A DNA stretch of 64,000 bases from positions 99,202,001 to 99,266,000 of the forward strand of contig NC_058372.1 of assembly GCF_018350175.1 (NCBI RefSeq), read 5' to 3'. Positions 12,522 to 24,412 of this stretch are shown piece after piece (the first letter of the stretch is position 1; each line of letters opens with the position of its first letter). Source of the stretch: Felis catus. Taxonomy: Eukaryota. A model generated the notes under the pieces. The model ran no database searches. It had not been told where the DNA came from and saw only the letters and a list, made by a program, of their open reading frames with translations. The position numbers were made by a program, and so were the translations under genes.

Positions 12522-12645
12522 GGGAGTGTCTTGATGGCTCAGTCAGTTGAGCATGGGACTCTTGATTTCAGCTCAGGTCATGATTCTGGGGTCATAGGAT
12601 TGAGCTCTGTGTGGAGCTCTGAGCTGAGCGTGGAGCCTGCTTAGG

Positions 12646-12692
<47 letters not shown>

Positions 12693-12752
12693 TTCCCCTC
12701 TCCTCCTCTCATGCACACACACTCTCTCTCTCAAAACAAAAAAAAAAACAAA
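12522..12752 (+). mobile_element. Can-SINE
   Basis: Head, long (CT)n, A-rich tail. Confidence 0.85.
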
Positions 12753-13858
12753 GAAGGAAAAAGGAAAGAATAGTAACTTTACAGTGGGAGAAATCAGGTA
12801 AATCCTATCTTAACCAAATGTTGAAGGTTAATACCCCCATAATGTTATGTGGATATCATGTACCTCCTCATATGATGTGATCATCGAGCACTTCACACCT
12901 CGGCAACATCTCCCAAAAGCCATAATCCCAGTCTATCCAGGAGAAAAACAGTAAAAAATCCCAGATTGTAGGACATTCTACAGGTTTCCCGGCCAATATG
13001 CCTAAAGACCACCAAGGTCATTAAAAACAAAACAAGGAGAGACTGAGAAACTACCACAGACCAGAGGAGGCTGGAATAACATATCAACTAAATGCAGTGT
13101 CGTACCCTGGATTAGATCCTGCAACAGGAAGAGAATGTGAGTGGGAAAACTGGTGAAAGCCTGGAGTTTAGTTGATAGTAATATACTAATGTCAGCTTCC
13201 TACTTTGCCAAATATGCCGTGGTGATGTAAGATGTTAACAATGGGGAAAACTGGGTGAGGGACATACAGGAACTATCTTTGCAACTTTTCTGTAAATCTA
13301 AAATGATCCAAAAATTATTTATTCAAAATTTAAAAGTAAATGTAAAGTCTCCAAATTTACAGACTCAAACCAACAAGCAGTGACATATTCTCCGAAGTAA
13401 AAATTGTCTCACAAGGACAACTGTGCCCATAGGACGGCAGGGTAAAATATATAAAATGTGGATTTCCCCTTTAATTTCAGACCCCTGGAATCAAGACAGA
13501 ACAGCCCCCTTTGGGCAGGTGGTTTCAATATTCAATTTTAAAATGATCAGTTCGGACAACGAGGAACATTACTGTAAAACCGTTATAACAGGCAGTAGAA
13601 AATAGGTCCTGTCAGATCACACTGAGCCAAACTGCACTGTTGATACATACAATCTTTATCTCCCTGCCTGCTTTTCGGAGCTGCCCATCATCCTGGTCTT
13701 GGTGTGCCTTCTATCTAGAAGGCGCTTCTGACCCTCCTGTAGCTCACTTGTTCTCAAATGTTTTGTTCTCAGGAGCCTTTGTATCCTTCAAAGTGTTGAG
13801 GGTCCCAAGGGTCTTTTCTTTATGTGAGTCGTCAGTATGTATTAGAAATTAAAAAGGA

Positions 13859-14075
13859 GGGGCGCCTGGGTGGCACAGTCGGTTAAGCGTCCAACTTCAG
13901 CCAGGTCACGATCTCGCGGTCTGTGAGTTCGAGCCCCGCGTCAGGCTCTGGGCTGATGGCTCAGAGCCTGAAGCCTGTTTCCGATTCTGTGTCTCCCTCT
14001 CTCTCTGCCCCTCCCCCGTTCATGCTCTGTCTCTCTCTGTCCCAAAAAAAATAAATAAACGTTGAAAAAAAAAAA
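13859..14075 (+). mobile_element. Young SINEC_Fc-type SINE
   Basis: CpG-rich, near-identical to copies at 34546, 43590 and 59056. Confidence 0.93.
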
Positions 14076-14214
14076 GAAAATTTTAACATTTATTCATCCA
14101 CTTAAACGTAACAGGAATAAGCCGTTAAAGAACATATAGCCATAGTTTTCAAAAAAAATGAAACAAAATTAGTGAGCAGCATGGTGTTGTTTTACATTTA
14201 AGATTTAGATTAAT

Positions 14215-14405
14215 GGGGTGCCCGGGTGGCTCAGTCCATTAAGCAAGCGTCCGACTTGGCTCGGGTCATGATCTCACAGTTCATGAGTTCGAGCCCCATG
14301 TTGGGCTCTGTTCTGACAGCTCAGAGCCTGGAACTTGCTTCGGATTCTGTGTCTCCCTCTCTCTCTTCCTCTCTCTCTCCCAAATAAATTAACATTAAAA
14401 ATTTT
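14215..14405 (+). mobile_element. Feline Can-SINE
   Basis: Head and tail; TSD ATTTAGATTAA. Confidence 0.88.
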
Positions 14406-15116
14406 TAAATTTAGATTAACGGAAGACAGCTAGTTTTTCATACCAGTGTCTGCATTCCATCTGATGCATTCTCACGTGTCGGCTAGCCTCTGGAAAACTC
14501 CACTGTGCCTTCATGAGAGAGTGAGACTAAACGAGTCAACTAATGTCTCTGTGTTACTATGACAGCAGCTGGGATCTTGCAGACCCAGAGATGTGCAGGT
14601 CTCACACCGTGACAACTGCTGGCCTCACCTGTCCCTGCCGCAGCACCTCCTCTCCACGGCTCTGCTCCCTCCACGCTAACCGCCTCCATCAGGCCCCTCC
14701 TTATCCCCCACTGCCTGCTTCTCTCAGGCCCACCCTTTCTATTTGCTTCCCCTGCTCGCCATCTCTCATTTGCTCATCTCCTCCCCCATTTCTTTCTTTC
14801 CCTTCTCTGACCACCGTATACAGCTGAAGTACCTTCTGTTATATACGTGTATTTTTTAATGAACGTCAAGTGAATGCTTTCTATTTCTCTACCAAATCAA
14901 CAGCCACCAAAGAAATCCCACAAAAGGCTGAATGACAGTCCCATAAAGGTAGGAACGGTGCTTCAATCACGTTAGTCTATCCTGTGGTGCCCAGAATGGT
15001 GTGCTGTGCAATGTATACAGAATGTCATAGAATCCCTCCGGGTAAAAGGGACAGTGCTGAGGTTAATGCATACTCAGTACCTCTGGTAAGGAGAGGTGTT
15101 CACGAGGCCAGTGTAT

Positions 15117-15330
15117 GGGGGCACCCGGGCGGCTCAGTCAGTTAAGCGTCTGACTCTTGATTTCAGCTCAGGCCATGATCTCATGGTTCGTGGGTTTGGG
15201 CCCCGTGTCAGGCTCCATGATGACAGCACAGAGCCTGCAAGGGATTCTCTCTCTTCCTCTCTCTCTGCCGTTCCCCTGCGCACGCTCTCTCTAAATAAAC
15301 AAATCAACTTAAAAAAAAAAAAAAAAAAAG
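15117..15330 (+). mobile_element. Can-SINE
   Basis: TSD GAGGCCAGTGTAT. Confidence 0.9.
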
Positions 15331-16891
15331 AGGCCAGTGTATAAAAAATTTTTACTGGGTTCTCCACCAGCAAAAAAATGAATGTGTGTGTGGGCACAGA
15401 TGTATAAAATGAGCATATCTGGATACACATATTCCCAGATTAAAGTGACATACATATGATGCATATGGAAATATAAAGTCATATATATTTACTTACACGT
15501 ATACATTCGTGTACAAAGTAGGTGTTTTCATGGTGCTCCAAAGAATCATCTTTGCCCGCCAGAGGGGTGAACACACCCCACCTGGGAGACTATCACAAAG
15601 TGGCAACGCTAAGCAAAGTCATAGAAGTGGTGCCGTGAAACTGTCAAGCTGGCAACGTCCCCAAGTCCTCGGGGATGACTGCCAAGCTGGCACGTGGCCA
15701 CGGTTCCTCACTTCTCATAGAAACCCACGTCAATAGAGAAGTAAAATGGAATCAATGTAACATATTGTGGCCATCAAGACACCACACGCTGGAGCTGGCC
15801 ACGGTTTCAAGGCTGCACTCTGTATTTGGCACTGGCCCCAGCAGCTAGTTCAGAAAAGAAAAACACAAAGCAAAAGGCAAGCAAGCAACAAGTGGCTTTT
15901 TTCTAGCAACAGAAAGGGGGGGAGCACACACAAATACTATTCTCAGAGTATGGGATGGGCAGCCAAGAAAAGAGCCTAGAGCGCTAAAGCCTGAGTCCTT
16001 GCAGCTAAAAGGAGCCAGCTCTGTTTTTCTAGAAAAGGCGCCCCTGCCCGAAGAAAAACTATCAGAAATCTGCCTCGGTCTATTCCATACAGAGGGGCCG
16101 GGTAGGAACAGCAGGCTGGGAAGACAAGCCTGAGTTGCTGTGACTCAATAGACCCTGAGAAGCTAAGATCACAGCTTGAAATGGTGGTGCCTGAACCCTC
16201 ACCCCTGCAGGTCACTAGCCCCCATGCATGGGCTACTAGATATCACTGGAGAGCCACAGGGTCAGGCTCTGCCCTTGGCCTGCACACACTATGCTACTTG
16301 TGAGCACCTGGCGTGGTTGGTGGGTCACCTGCGCCAGGGAACAGGCTTGTGAATTCAGGAAGTGTTTCTTCCTTCCCCGGCAATTTCTCAGGAAGCACTT
16401 TCCAGCCTGCAAGGATGATGGATAACAGGATAGAAGGATCCTGTTAGACAATTCCATCTGAGTGGTTCTGCTTCTGTCAGGCAGATTCTAGATTCTGCTG
16501 TGCCTGTTCTTGCACAGCAGAGGCTCCCCATTTCCCTCATCCGGGTTACACCTGCTGCTTGTGCTATACAGGACACCTTATTCGGCACTGTCTGGGTGGG
16601 TTACTGTGCCTATTCTACTAACACTGTATGTTGGATCACGCACGTTAGCATCTGGGTTGGTACCTAAGTAGTTTCTTCGCCTGGAATGGCTCCACCCTTG
16701 AAAAGTTCACATTCTGCTGACCGTAACCTCCCACTCCCCCATATCCCCGAGTCCTTCCCATTGACCCCATCCCCAGCACCATCCAGGTGCCCAGTCTTTG
16801 GATCCCACCAGCTTGTTTAGCTTATTGCCGCCTTCCTGGCTTCAATTCCTTCCCCAACCAGCCTGAATCCCACAGTCAACACTAGAACTAC

Positions 16892-16893
<2 letters not shown>

Positions 16894-16931
<38 letters not shown>
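16894..16931. repeat. (CA)n microsatellite
   Basis: Perfect AC run. Confidence 0.95.
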
Positions 16932-16933
<2 letters not shown>

Positions 16934-17149
16934 CAACAGAGCATCCACCACAGCAACCTCTGAGACTAGGCTTTGTCTTCTCTATCCCACCCCTAGTGAT
17001 TGTGGTTCAGGAGGTCTGAGGTAGGATCCAGAACTCTATATATCTTAAAACGCCTCCTAAGAGACTCTGACATGGATGAGAAACACCACCCCGGGAAATC
17101 AAAATCTTCGGTTGAATTATCTGTTGATACAAGATTTGACATTGAAAAT

Positions 17150-17750
17150 ATTTAACAGTTGTTGTGGAGCCACTGGGACTCTCCTAAACAGCTTGTGAGG
17201 GTGTAATTTGCCACAGCCGCTTTGCACATCTGTCTGGCAGCTGACCACATGCACACTCGGCCAGAGGGATTCCTCTCCCAGGTACGTACCCAACGAAATG
17301 CATACACAAGGACCTTAAAATATATAGACGAGAGGAACTACGTGTGATAAACCCAACCTGGAGACAATATAAATGTCTGTTAACAGTGAGTGAGTGAACT
17401 GTGGAATATTCGTGTCATGACATTCTGTATGCTGGTGAAAATCAACAAACTACCATGGCGCTCAATGTGGGTGACCCCCCCCCCCCCCGTATATGATGTT
17501 GAACAAAAGAAGCCCAACCAAAAGTATATGATTTTTTACTCCATTTATTTAAGTTTAGAATCAGACAAAACTAACCCGTGGCCATAGCTATGAGGACAGT
17601 GGTGGCTGGGGGAGGGGAGAGGATATTGCTTGAGAGAGGGCATGAGAAGGGGTGGTCTGGTGGTGTTCACTTTATGATGATTCATCAGGTTGTAGAGTAT
17701 GGTGCGTACTTTTCTGTATACATGTAATATATCGATTTAAACGTTTTATA
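17150..17750 (+). mobile_element. Ancient L1ME-like 3' fragment
   Basis: Degenerate L1 3'-end phrases. Confidence 0.55.
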
Positions 17751-18839
17751 TCTGCAAGACCCAGAGAGCAGGAACAGTATTCGGCAATGCCCTGCTGAGG
17801 CTTGACTGGAATGGGTACCAAGTCATACACAGTCTGTCCACATTGTACCTTCAGCCCTGAATGGCCACCCAACCCATACTGACAAGGAGGCGTCTTGCCT
17901 GAGCAATACGTCATTTATCCGAATGCCTGTTAAATGCCTCAACCTGGAATTCCCACAAGACTCTCAAACTGATGCAAGCCCCAAGCCTGCCCCACCTGGA
18001 GTGTAACTGTTTCTGAGTTTAGGACACCATCATCTACACAAACCAGAAATAGGATGCATGGAATGGGGGGGGGGGGGTGTCTTGCCCACTTGTCCTTTAT
18101 AACCAGAAGGCCCCATCAATCCCTCCTGTCAAAACTGTCCAGTCCTCCCTGCTCACACTCCCCCTGCCTCGGTCCAGACCCTCCTTATCTCCCTCCTGGG
18201 CTCTTACCTAGGTCTTCTCTGGGCTCTGCCCAAACTCCTGCCCCTCCAATGCACCTTCCATTCTGCAAAGTGACCTTCCTAATACCTGAACTCCTCAGCA
18301 TGCCACACAAAAATATTCTTAGAGATGATTGTGAACTTACCTCCCTTCTGTCGCCCTCACACTTCATACTCTAGGAATAATACGCCTCTTCGCAGTTTCC
18401 AAACAACCCGTGTTGGTTCACAGAAATATGCTTTCTACATGCTGGAAAGGTCCTGAGTATCCTTGCAACTCAAATTTCCCTTTCCTCGTTGCAAGGATAA
18501 CTTCTGGAAAAAACGAGACCCTACTTCCCGAGGCATCTAGCATTCTGACATACCACTCTCTCCCTTACAAAGATTACGGTCCAACAGGTGTTATCAATCT
18601 GCCCAACCTGAGGACCCTCTGGGATAACACTTATAGATATAACACAGCACTCTGTTCACAGCTAGAGAGGCACACTCATGGAAGAAAAGAATCATACAGA
18701 CACAGTAGGCAGAAACCCCAGAGGCAAGGAAAAGCAAAGATGACCAGAAATGGACCCATGCAATCTGGGTGACAGGTGAAGAAAATTACCTTCAGTCCTA
18801 GATTTATATCATTCTGTATAAAGAAACGTAACTGGTGGT

Positions 18840-21160
18840 ACCCCTCTGTGGTCAAGAGCATGGCCGCCAGAGCCAGATTACTAAGGTTTGAATCTTGTGT
18901 CTGTTACTTACCACCTGGGACCATGGGCAAGATCCTTAAACTTTCTGTGCCTTAGTTTCCTTATCTGAAAAGTGGGTTGTTGAGGGAATGAAAAGAGTTA
19001 ATGTAAAGCACTATGGCACATTAGTGCACAGTGTGTTAGTGCACAGAAGTGCTGGCTATTACGATGTTCATAAGGTGAAGTCAGGAAAGATGAACCAAAG
19101 CAGGTTCATATATCGAAAAAACAAAACTACCTGTGTCCATAGGTGTAAATCAGCTACAGGCTCCACCTTCCAACTCTAGTATTTTAAGTTATTTTTCCCC
19201 TTAAGCCAAGACAACTCAGGGAACCAGTTCTGAGATTATCCCAGCACAGATACCTGAGTATGCTTCCTCATTTCCCTCTCACATGGGCCTTAATCCATGA
19301 AGTTTATGGAACTTCAGTATGGCTTCAGGACAAGACCAGGAACAGCTTTTTAATTCTTAGGTGTCCTGCTTCCCTCTCTTAAAGGTGACTAGGATAGTGC
19401 TTCCTCCCCTTAGAAATGATTAATGCTAAATGAAAGATAATTAAGGTTCCCTACTTCACACTTTCACTAGGTTTCCCTAAAAGAAGGCTAAATAACGAAA
19501 CACGATAACCTCCCTTTCTACTTATAAACAATAAAAAAGCACAATTACAGCAAATATCAGAGAAAATTGGGGATCCCATGCCATGGTCACACTGTTTTCA
19601 CCTGTTGTAAGCATGCTTGTTACCCTTGCCTGGCTACATGCTGCTTTCACAAGCCAACCCTTCCTACCAGGATGGGGACTCGGGTAACAATAATAACCAT
19701 GATTTACTGAGAACTTACTGAATGTTAAGACTTTTGCACACATCATCGTAGCCAGCTAAGAGTTGTCTCCCCAAATCCACTCTCTCCTTTTCCCACCATG
19801 GAGAGCTACGTTTGACCGCTGCAGGTGAGGACAATGGGACCAGATGCCCCAAGCACAGAGAGAGAGAGCCCCATGCTGTGGATGACAGGGCTGCCTCACC
19901 CACTTGGGTCCCTGGATGACCCCGTGGGAAGAACCTACCCTGAATAGTTACTGGAGAGGGACAAACTTCCAACTGAGGGATCTCTGTTAGCCAAACACCA
20001 ACTGATACAATGACCTTGTTAATCTCTAAAATACAAAGGGAAAGAATGGTATTAGCACCTCCTACCTCATAGGGTTACGGTAAGGATGTAATGAGAGGCT
20101 GCATGTGGAGTCCTTACAATAAGCATTTGGAGGGTAACAATTACCCTCATTTCACAGATGAGGAAGTAGTAAGTGAAATGTTGAAGACCACACAGTATGT
20201 GGTAGAGCCAGGACTGGAACTCAGACATCCAACCCCCAGAGCGGATCTTGTACTCCCCATGCTATTCTGCTTCAAGAAGGATAAAACAAGATAATATATA
20301 AAGAGCCCGATGGAGTCCTGGGGATGGTACCTAACCGTGCTCAGGAGAGCATCATGGTTGAGAGCGTGGGCTATGGGGACTGATGGACTTCCAACGACAT
20401 CCAATTCTGCCCTGCCATTACCAGATGTGTGACGTAGGCACAAGCCCCAGTTTTCTCAGGTGTAAAATGCGAGTGATACTACCAATCTCACGGAGCTGTA
20501 GAGAAGACGAAAGAAGGTAGCACGTACCAAAAGCTTCTGACGGAGCCAGGCACAGATCGGTGTTCAAGAAACACAGGTATTAGGAGGAAGCAGGAGAGAG
20601 CTGGGACCTCCTGCCCCTCCTAGGACTGCTCAACCGCCTTCTCCCTCCTGCCACGCAGAATCATAACATTTATGCAACTTTCCGACTTGGAAAACAGCAC
20701 CACACCATCTCCTCACTACAAGCCTGGGAGGTAAGGCAGGAATTATTGTGATTCCTGTTTTGTGGATAGGAAACTGAGGCACAATATTACCAGAATATTA
20801 GAGGTAAGAGGCAGGCCAGGACTTAGCTCCAAACCTCTGATCGTCATACTTACTGTATAGCCCCTCACCCAGCAGCCTCTCCTCCCAAAAGCCTCTGGGT
20901 CAGAGAGGAGCATTTCTCTATGAATGAATGAATGAATGCAATATTTTAATGTCTTAATTTGACGAATGAAAGGAGGGTGCAACGTGGCTAAATCTGGGTC
21001 CCAGCGTGTGGCATCTGTGGGACCCTGGCCCTACCAGTCTCAGTTTCTCAATCATTAAAATAAGGATGCAAACACCTCCTTTGCAAGGGCATCAAATGAA
21101 ACTCTTGTGTGTAACAAGCCGACACAATGTACCTGGCACATCTTTAGGCTTCTATAAATG
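18840..21160. mobile_element. Cluster of MIR fragments (~18840-19070, 20030-20240, 20340-20580, 20690-20860, 20980-21160)
   Basis: MIR core motifs such as CTCAGTTTCCTCATCTGTAAAATG and GAAACTGAGGC variants. Confidence 0.6.
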
Positions 21161-21366
21161 GCAACAAAATCTGACTAACGGGTTTTCCTGGGGCAATACC
21201 TGCCTGCCAGGCACAGAGGCAGACCCTGCGGGGCAGAGCTGGTCAGCAGTCGTCCGGGGAAGTGAAAGAGGGGCCGGTTTGGCGGACTGGAGAAACGGGC
21301 CGCCCGGAGCAGGCACTCCTCCACTCGTGTGAGCCGGCCGCTCCGGCCCGACCTCGGACTTGGGCT

Positions 21367-21380
21367 CCCGCAGAGGGCGC
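21367..21380 (+). promoter_or_regulatory. Candidate CTCF site in the CpG island
   Basis: CCCGCAGAGGGCGC, a close match to the CCASYAGRKGGCRS core. Confidence 0.4.
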
Positions 21381-21692
21381 GCCCCGGGTCCCACCTGCTC
21401 GCAGCAGCCACCACTCCGGAGGCCAGTCCCAGCGCCCCGCTGCTCGCTGTCGGGGAGACCCCGGCGCTGGAGTCCGAGAGGACAAGCCCAGCCCTGGGCC
21501 CGGAGTCCGGACGCGGGTGTCCCGACTACCCCACGAAACGAGCGGGAGAGGTTTCCGTATCGGGAGCGCCGCGCGAGAACCCCCCCCCCCCCCGCCACCG
21601 CAACGGAAAGAAACAGACCCCACCGGCGCCCCCTCCACGTGGCTCCCGCTCCCCTCCGCCGCCCTCCCCCCTGTCCACCCCCAACTCCCTAC

Positions 21693-21745
21693 CTGCCGAA
21701 GTGCCCCACGTGGTCAAAAATCAACTCCAAATTGTGGGGCTTCAT
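21693..21745 (-). CDS. SLC22A16: SLC22A16 coding exon 1 (MKPHNLELIFDHVGHFG-R, 53 nt, phase-2 end)
   Basis: ATG at 21745 in good Kozak context (GGCACCATG); peptide resembles the SLC22A16 N-terminus as I recall it (..IYDHVGHFGRFQ); donor AG|GTAGGG at 21692; joins exon 2 in frame (AG+A = Arg). Confidence 0.95.
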
Positions 21746-21815
21746 GGTGCCGCCGTGCGCTGCGCTCCCCAGCAGGACACTCCGAGCACGCCGAGCGCCC
21801 GGGAAGGCGGGCACC

Positions 21816-21862
21816 GCGCCCCGCCCCGCCCCCCTCCGCCCCGCTCCGCCCCGGCCCGCCGT
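21816..21862 (-). promoter_or_regulatory. Tandem GC boxes (Sp/KLF sites; G-quadruplex-prone)
   Basis: CCCCGCCCCGCCCCCCTCCGCCCCGCTCCGCCCC about 75-115 nt upstream of the ATG. Confidence 0.7.
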
Positions 21863-22559
21863 GTCCCGGGGGGCCAGCCCCGCCGGCAGTGTCCCCCGCG
21901 AGCCAGCGGGCGGCTCGCGGGGCCGGGCTCGCTTCCCCCCTCCGTGGCCGGTCTCCCCTCCCCGCCCGCGCAGCCTCCGGCTTCTCCCCGCCGCCGTGGC
22001 CTCGTCCCCAGCTCGTCGCGGTCCCGGGGCCCGCCGTCGCGCCCGCGCCCTCCCTCCCTCCTGTGGGACACTCACCGCGTCGTCGTGGTCGCCTCTCTCT
22101 GTCTCTCTCGGTCGTGCCGGTGCCTCGGGACTGCCCGAGGAGGCAATGCAGAGACCGGGGTTAGGTTTGGGGGCCCGCAAGAACCTAGCATCTTTGGAAA
22201 GACACGCCTCACAAGCGTGGCACTCAGACTTGCGGGAAGGGGCTACTGCAGCTACTTGATTTTTCTATGTAACGTTTCTGGACTCCACTCTCGCCTGGGA
22301 CAAAAACCGCTCTCTCAGACGAGGCCGACAGTTTGAGGGCCAGGACAGAGTCTCCAAGAGCAGAGCATTCAGAACGGATTCTGACGGCCCCGAAAAGTGA
22401 CAGGATCTGGCAGGGCTGTGTTAAAGCTTTTATGTCACCCAAAGGGCTGAAGAACGCTCTGGGCAGAGGCTCGAGCAGAACAGTGGCAACAAGGAACTTG
22501 TACTTGAGCAGGATCTGAAAAAGAGAGAAAAGCTCACTCCCAAAGTACTTCCCTCACCT

Positions 22560-23270
22560 ACTGGCATATTCTGGATACCTATCCTTTGTCAGTTAAGTGT
22601 TATGAGAAATCGTACTTTCAATCCGTTTATGGTGTTTTCGATGATCAGAAGTGGTATTTTTTATCTTAATGAAGTCAAATTCATACATATGTTCCTTTAT
22701 AATTTGTGGTTTTGTATCTTGTTTAAAAAATTCTGCTTTCCCGGGGGCACCTGGGTGGCTCGGTTGGTTAAGTATCCCACCTGGCCTCAGATCATGATCT
22801 CAGGGTTCATGGGTTCCAGCCCCTCAACAGGCTCTATGCAGACGGCTCAGAACCTGGAGCCTGCTTCGGATTCTGTGTCTCCCTCTCTCTCCCTCTCTCT
22901 CTGCCCCTACCCACCCCCCCTCTGAAATGAATAAACATTAAAAAAATTTTTTTTAATTCTGCTTTACCATGAGGTCACAAAATATTCTATTTTCTTCTCA
23001 AAGTTATAGCTTTTGGCTTTTCTCATTTAGGTCTTAAATCCACTGAAAGATCATTTAGTTTAAGATAGAGATCCAGTCTGGGGCTTTTGTCATACACATA
23101 AAAAATTGTCCAGCACCATTATGGCATTTTCTATCTCTGCATTGCCACCTCTGTCATCTATGAAGTTTCAGTTTATGGGCGGGTTTGTTCTGGGCTCTCT
23201 AAATCTGTTCCAGTGACCTATTTATTTTTCCCTATACCCATGTGTCTTTATTATTATAGTTTCATACAAT
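22560..23270 (-). mobile_element. Old L1M fragment containing a plus-strand feline SINE (22742-22950)
   Basis: L1 ORF2-end-like antisense sequence; SINE TSD AATTCTGCTTT. Confidence 0.65.
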
Positions 23271-23386
23271 ATGCTCCAATCAAACTTTTACTACTCTTCC
23301 AAAATAGCTCTTATCAAAGACACCATGGTCCCCATGTTGCCAAATCCAACGGTCAATTTTCAATCCTTATCTTACTTAATGTCCAC

Positions 23387-23799
23387 TGTTAAAGAAAAAT
23401 TATTTTACAAGGTATGATCATGACTCGTATAGAAATATAAAATGAACAAATCAGTAACTTTATTTTACTCATTAATTAACGAGGGAACCAATAAGATGCT
23501 ACAATCTGTTCAAAGAAGAATTCAGTGAACCCCACATATAAAAATAATAAGGAATGCTAGTACGAAGTTACAAATAGATGCAGAACTGATCCGTCCACCA
23601 GGCAATGGCATTTCACCAATTCCACCAATGTATCAATTGCATTCCACTAAACACAATTCATTTCTATGGACAAGAACAATTTGCATTATTATCAGTTTTC
23701 TACAACTTACAAAGTTGTAAAATGGTTCAAAAATAATGAAAGATGAAGATAACCGTGAAGAGCATTCCAAAAGAATGTTCCCATCTCAAAGGGTCTCAC
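23387..23799 (-). mobile_element. Probable solo LTR (ERV1/MER-type) within L2
   Basis: TG..CA termini (TGTTAAAGAAAAATTATT...TCTCACA); AT-rich insert interrupting L2-like sequence. Confidence 0.45.
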
Positions 23800-24013
23800 A
23801 ATACTTACTGGTACCACAATATTGGTTTGTCTTAAAACATCCTCCTTGGCTTCTGGGCTACCCCAGTCTCCTGATTTTCCTCTCACCTTTCCACTTGATG
23901 TCATCTCCGTCTCTTAGCTCCTCCTCCCTTTCCCAGTTTCTCTAAATGTTGGAGTGCCCCAGGGCTCTGAGCTCTTCACTTTTCACGTTCTCCCTCAGGA
24001 GCATGACGTAGTT

Positions 24014-24235
24014 CAAGAGTTGGCAAACCACAGAGGCCAGGCCAAGTCTGGTCTGCCACCTGCTCTAGCAGATAAAGTTTTTTGGGAACACAGTCATGTT
24101 CATTCATTCATATGTTGTCTATGGCTGCTTTCATACCGCAATGCCAGACTTGAGTAGCTGTGACAGAGTGTATGGCCCACTAAGTCTAAAGTATTTACTA
24201 TCTGGCCCTTTATAGATAAAGCTTGTCAACCCATG
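24014..24235. mobile_element. MER58A-like hAT DNA transposon
   Basis: TIR-like ends CAAGAGTTGGCAAAC / GCTTGTCAACCCATG and characteristic internal sequence. Confidence 0.8.
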
Positions 24236-24412
24236 ATCTACTCCCAAGGCTTTCAAAACATGTATGAATGACTCCCAGATCTATGTGGCCAAGCTGACCT
24301 CAGCCCAGCACTCCAGACTTGTTAATACCACTACCTTCTCCACCCCTTGTCCACACGTCTAAAAGCCACCTCAAAATTACCATGGCCACCTTCAATCCCA
24401 CTCCTCTCCAGC

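Larger units (their letters stand above)
8040..13330 (+). mobile_element. Ancient L1M (L1MC/MD-like) 3' region, fragmented by LTR, ERV-L and SINE insertions
   Basis: L1M 3'-UTR-like segments at ~8130-8168, 8687-9001, 12324-12520 and 12760-13330. Confidence 0.65.
13745..14621. mobile_element. hAT-Charlie-type non-autonomous DNA transposon, interrupted by two SINEs
   Basis: TIR-like ends (..GTTCTCAAA.. / ..GACAACTGCTG) and Charlie-like internal sequence. Confidence 0.55.
7957..21692 (-). other. SLC22A16: SLC22A16 intron 1 (~13.7 kb, GT-AG)
   Basis: Bounded by the exon 1 donor and exon 2 acceptor. Confidence 0.9.
21230..22330. promoter_or_regulatory. CpG island promoter of SLC22A16
   Basis: Very GC-rich, CpG-dense, repeat-free block spanning exon 1, against a CpG-depleted background. 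Confidence 0.92.

Noticed and set aside
21152..22336. Long overlapping ORFs (299-335 aa) on the plus strand and others across the CpG island
   Set aside because: Pro/Arg/Gly/Ala-rich low-complexity translations in all frames, expected from stop-codon scarcity in GC-rich DNA
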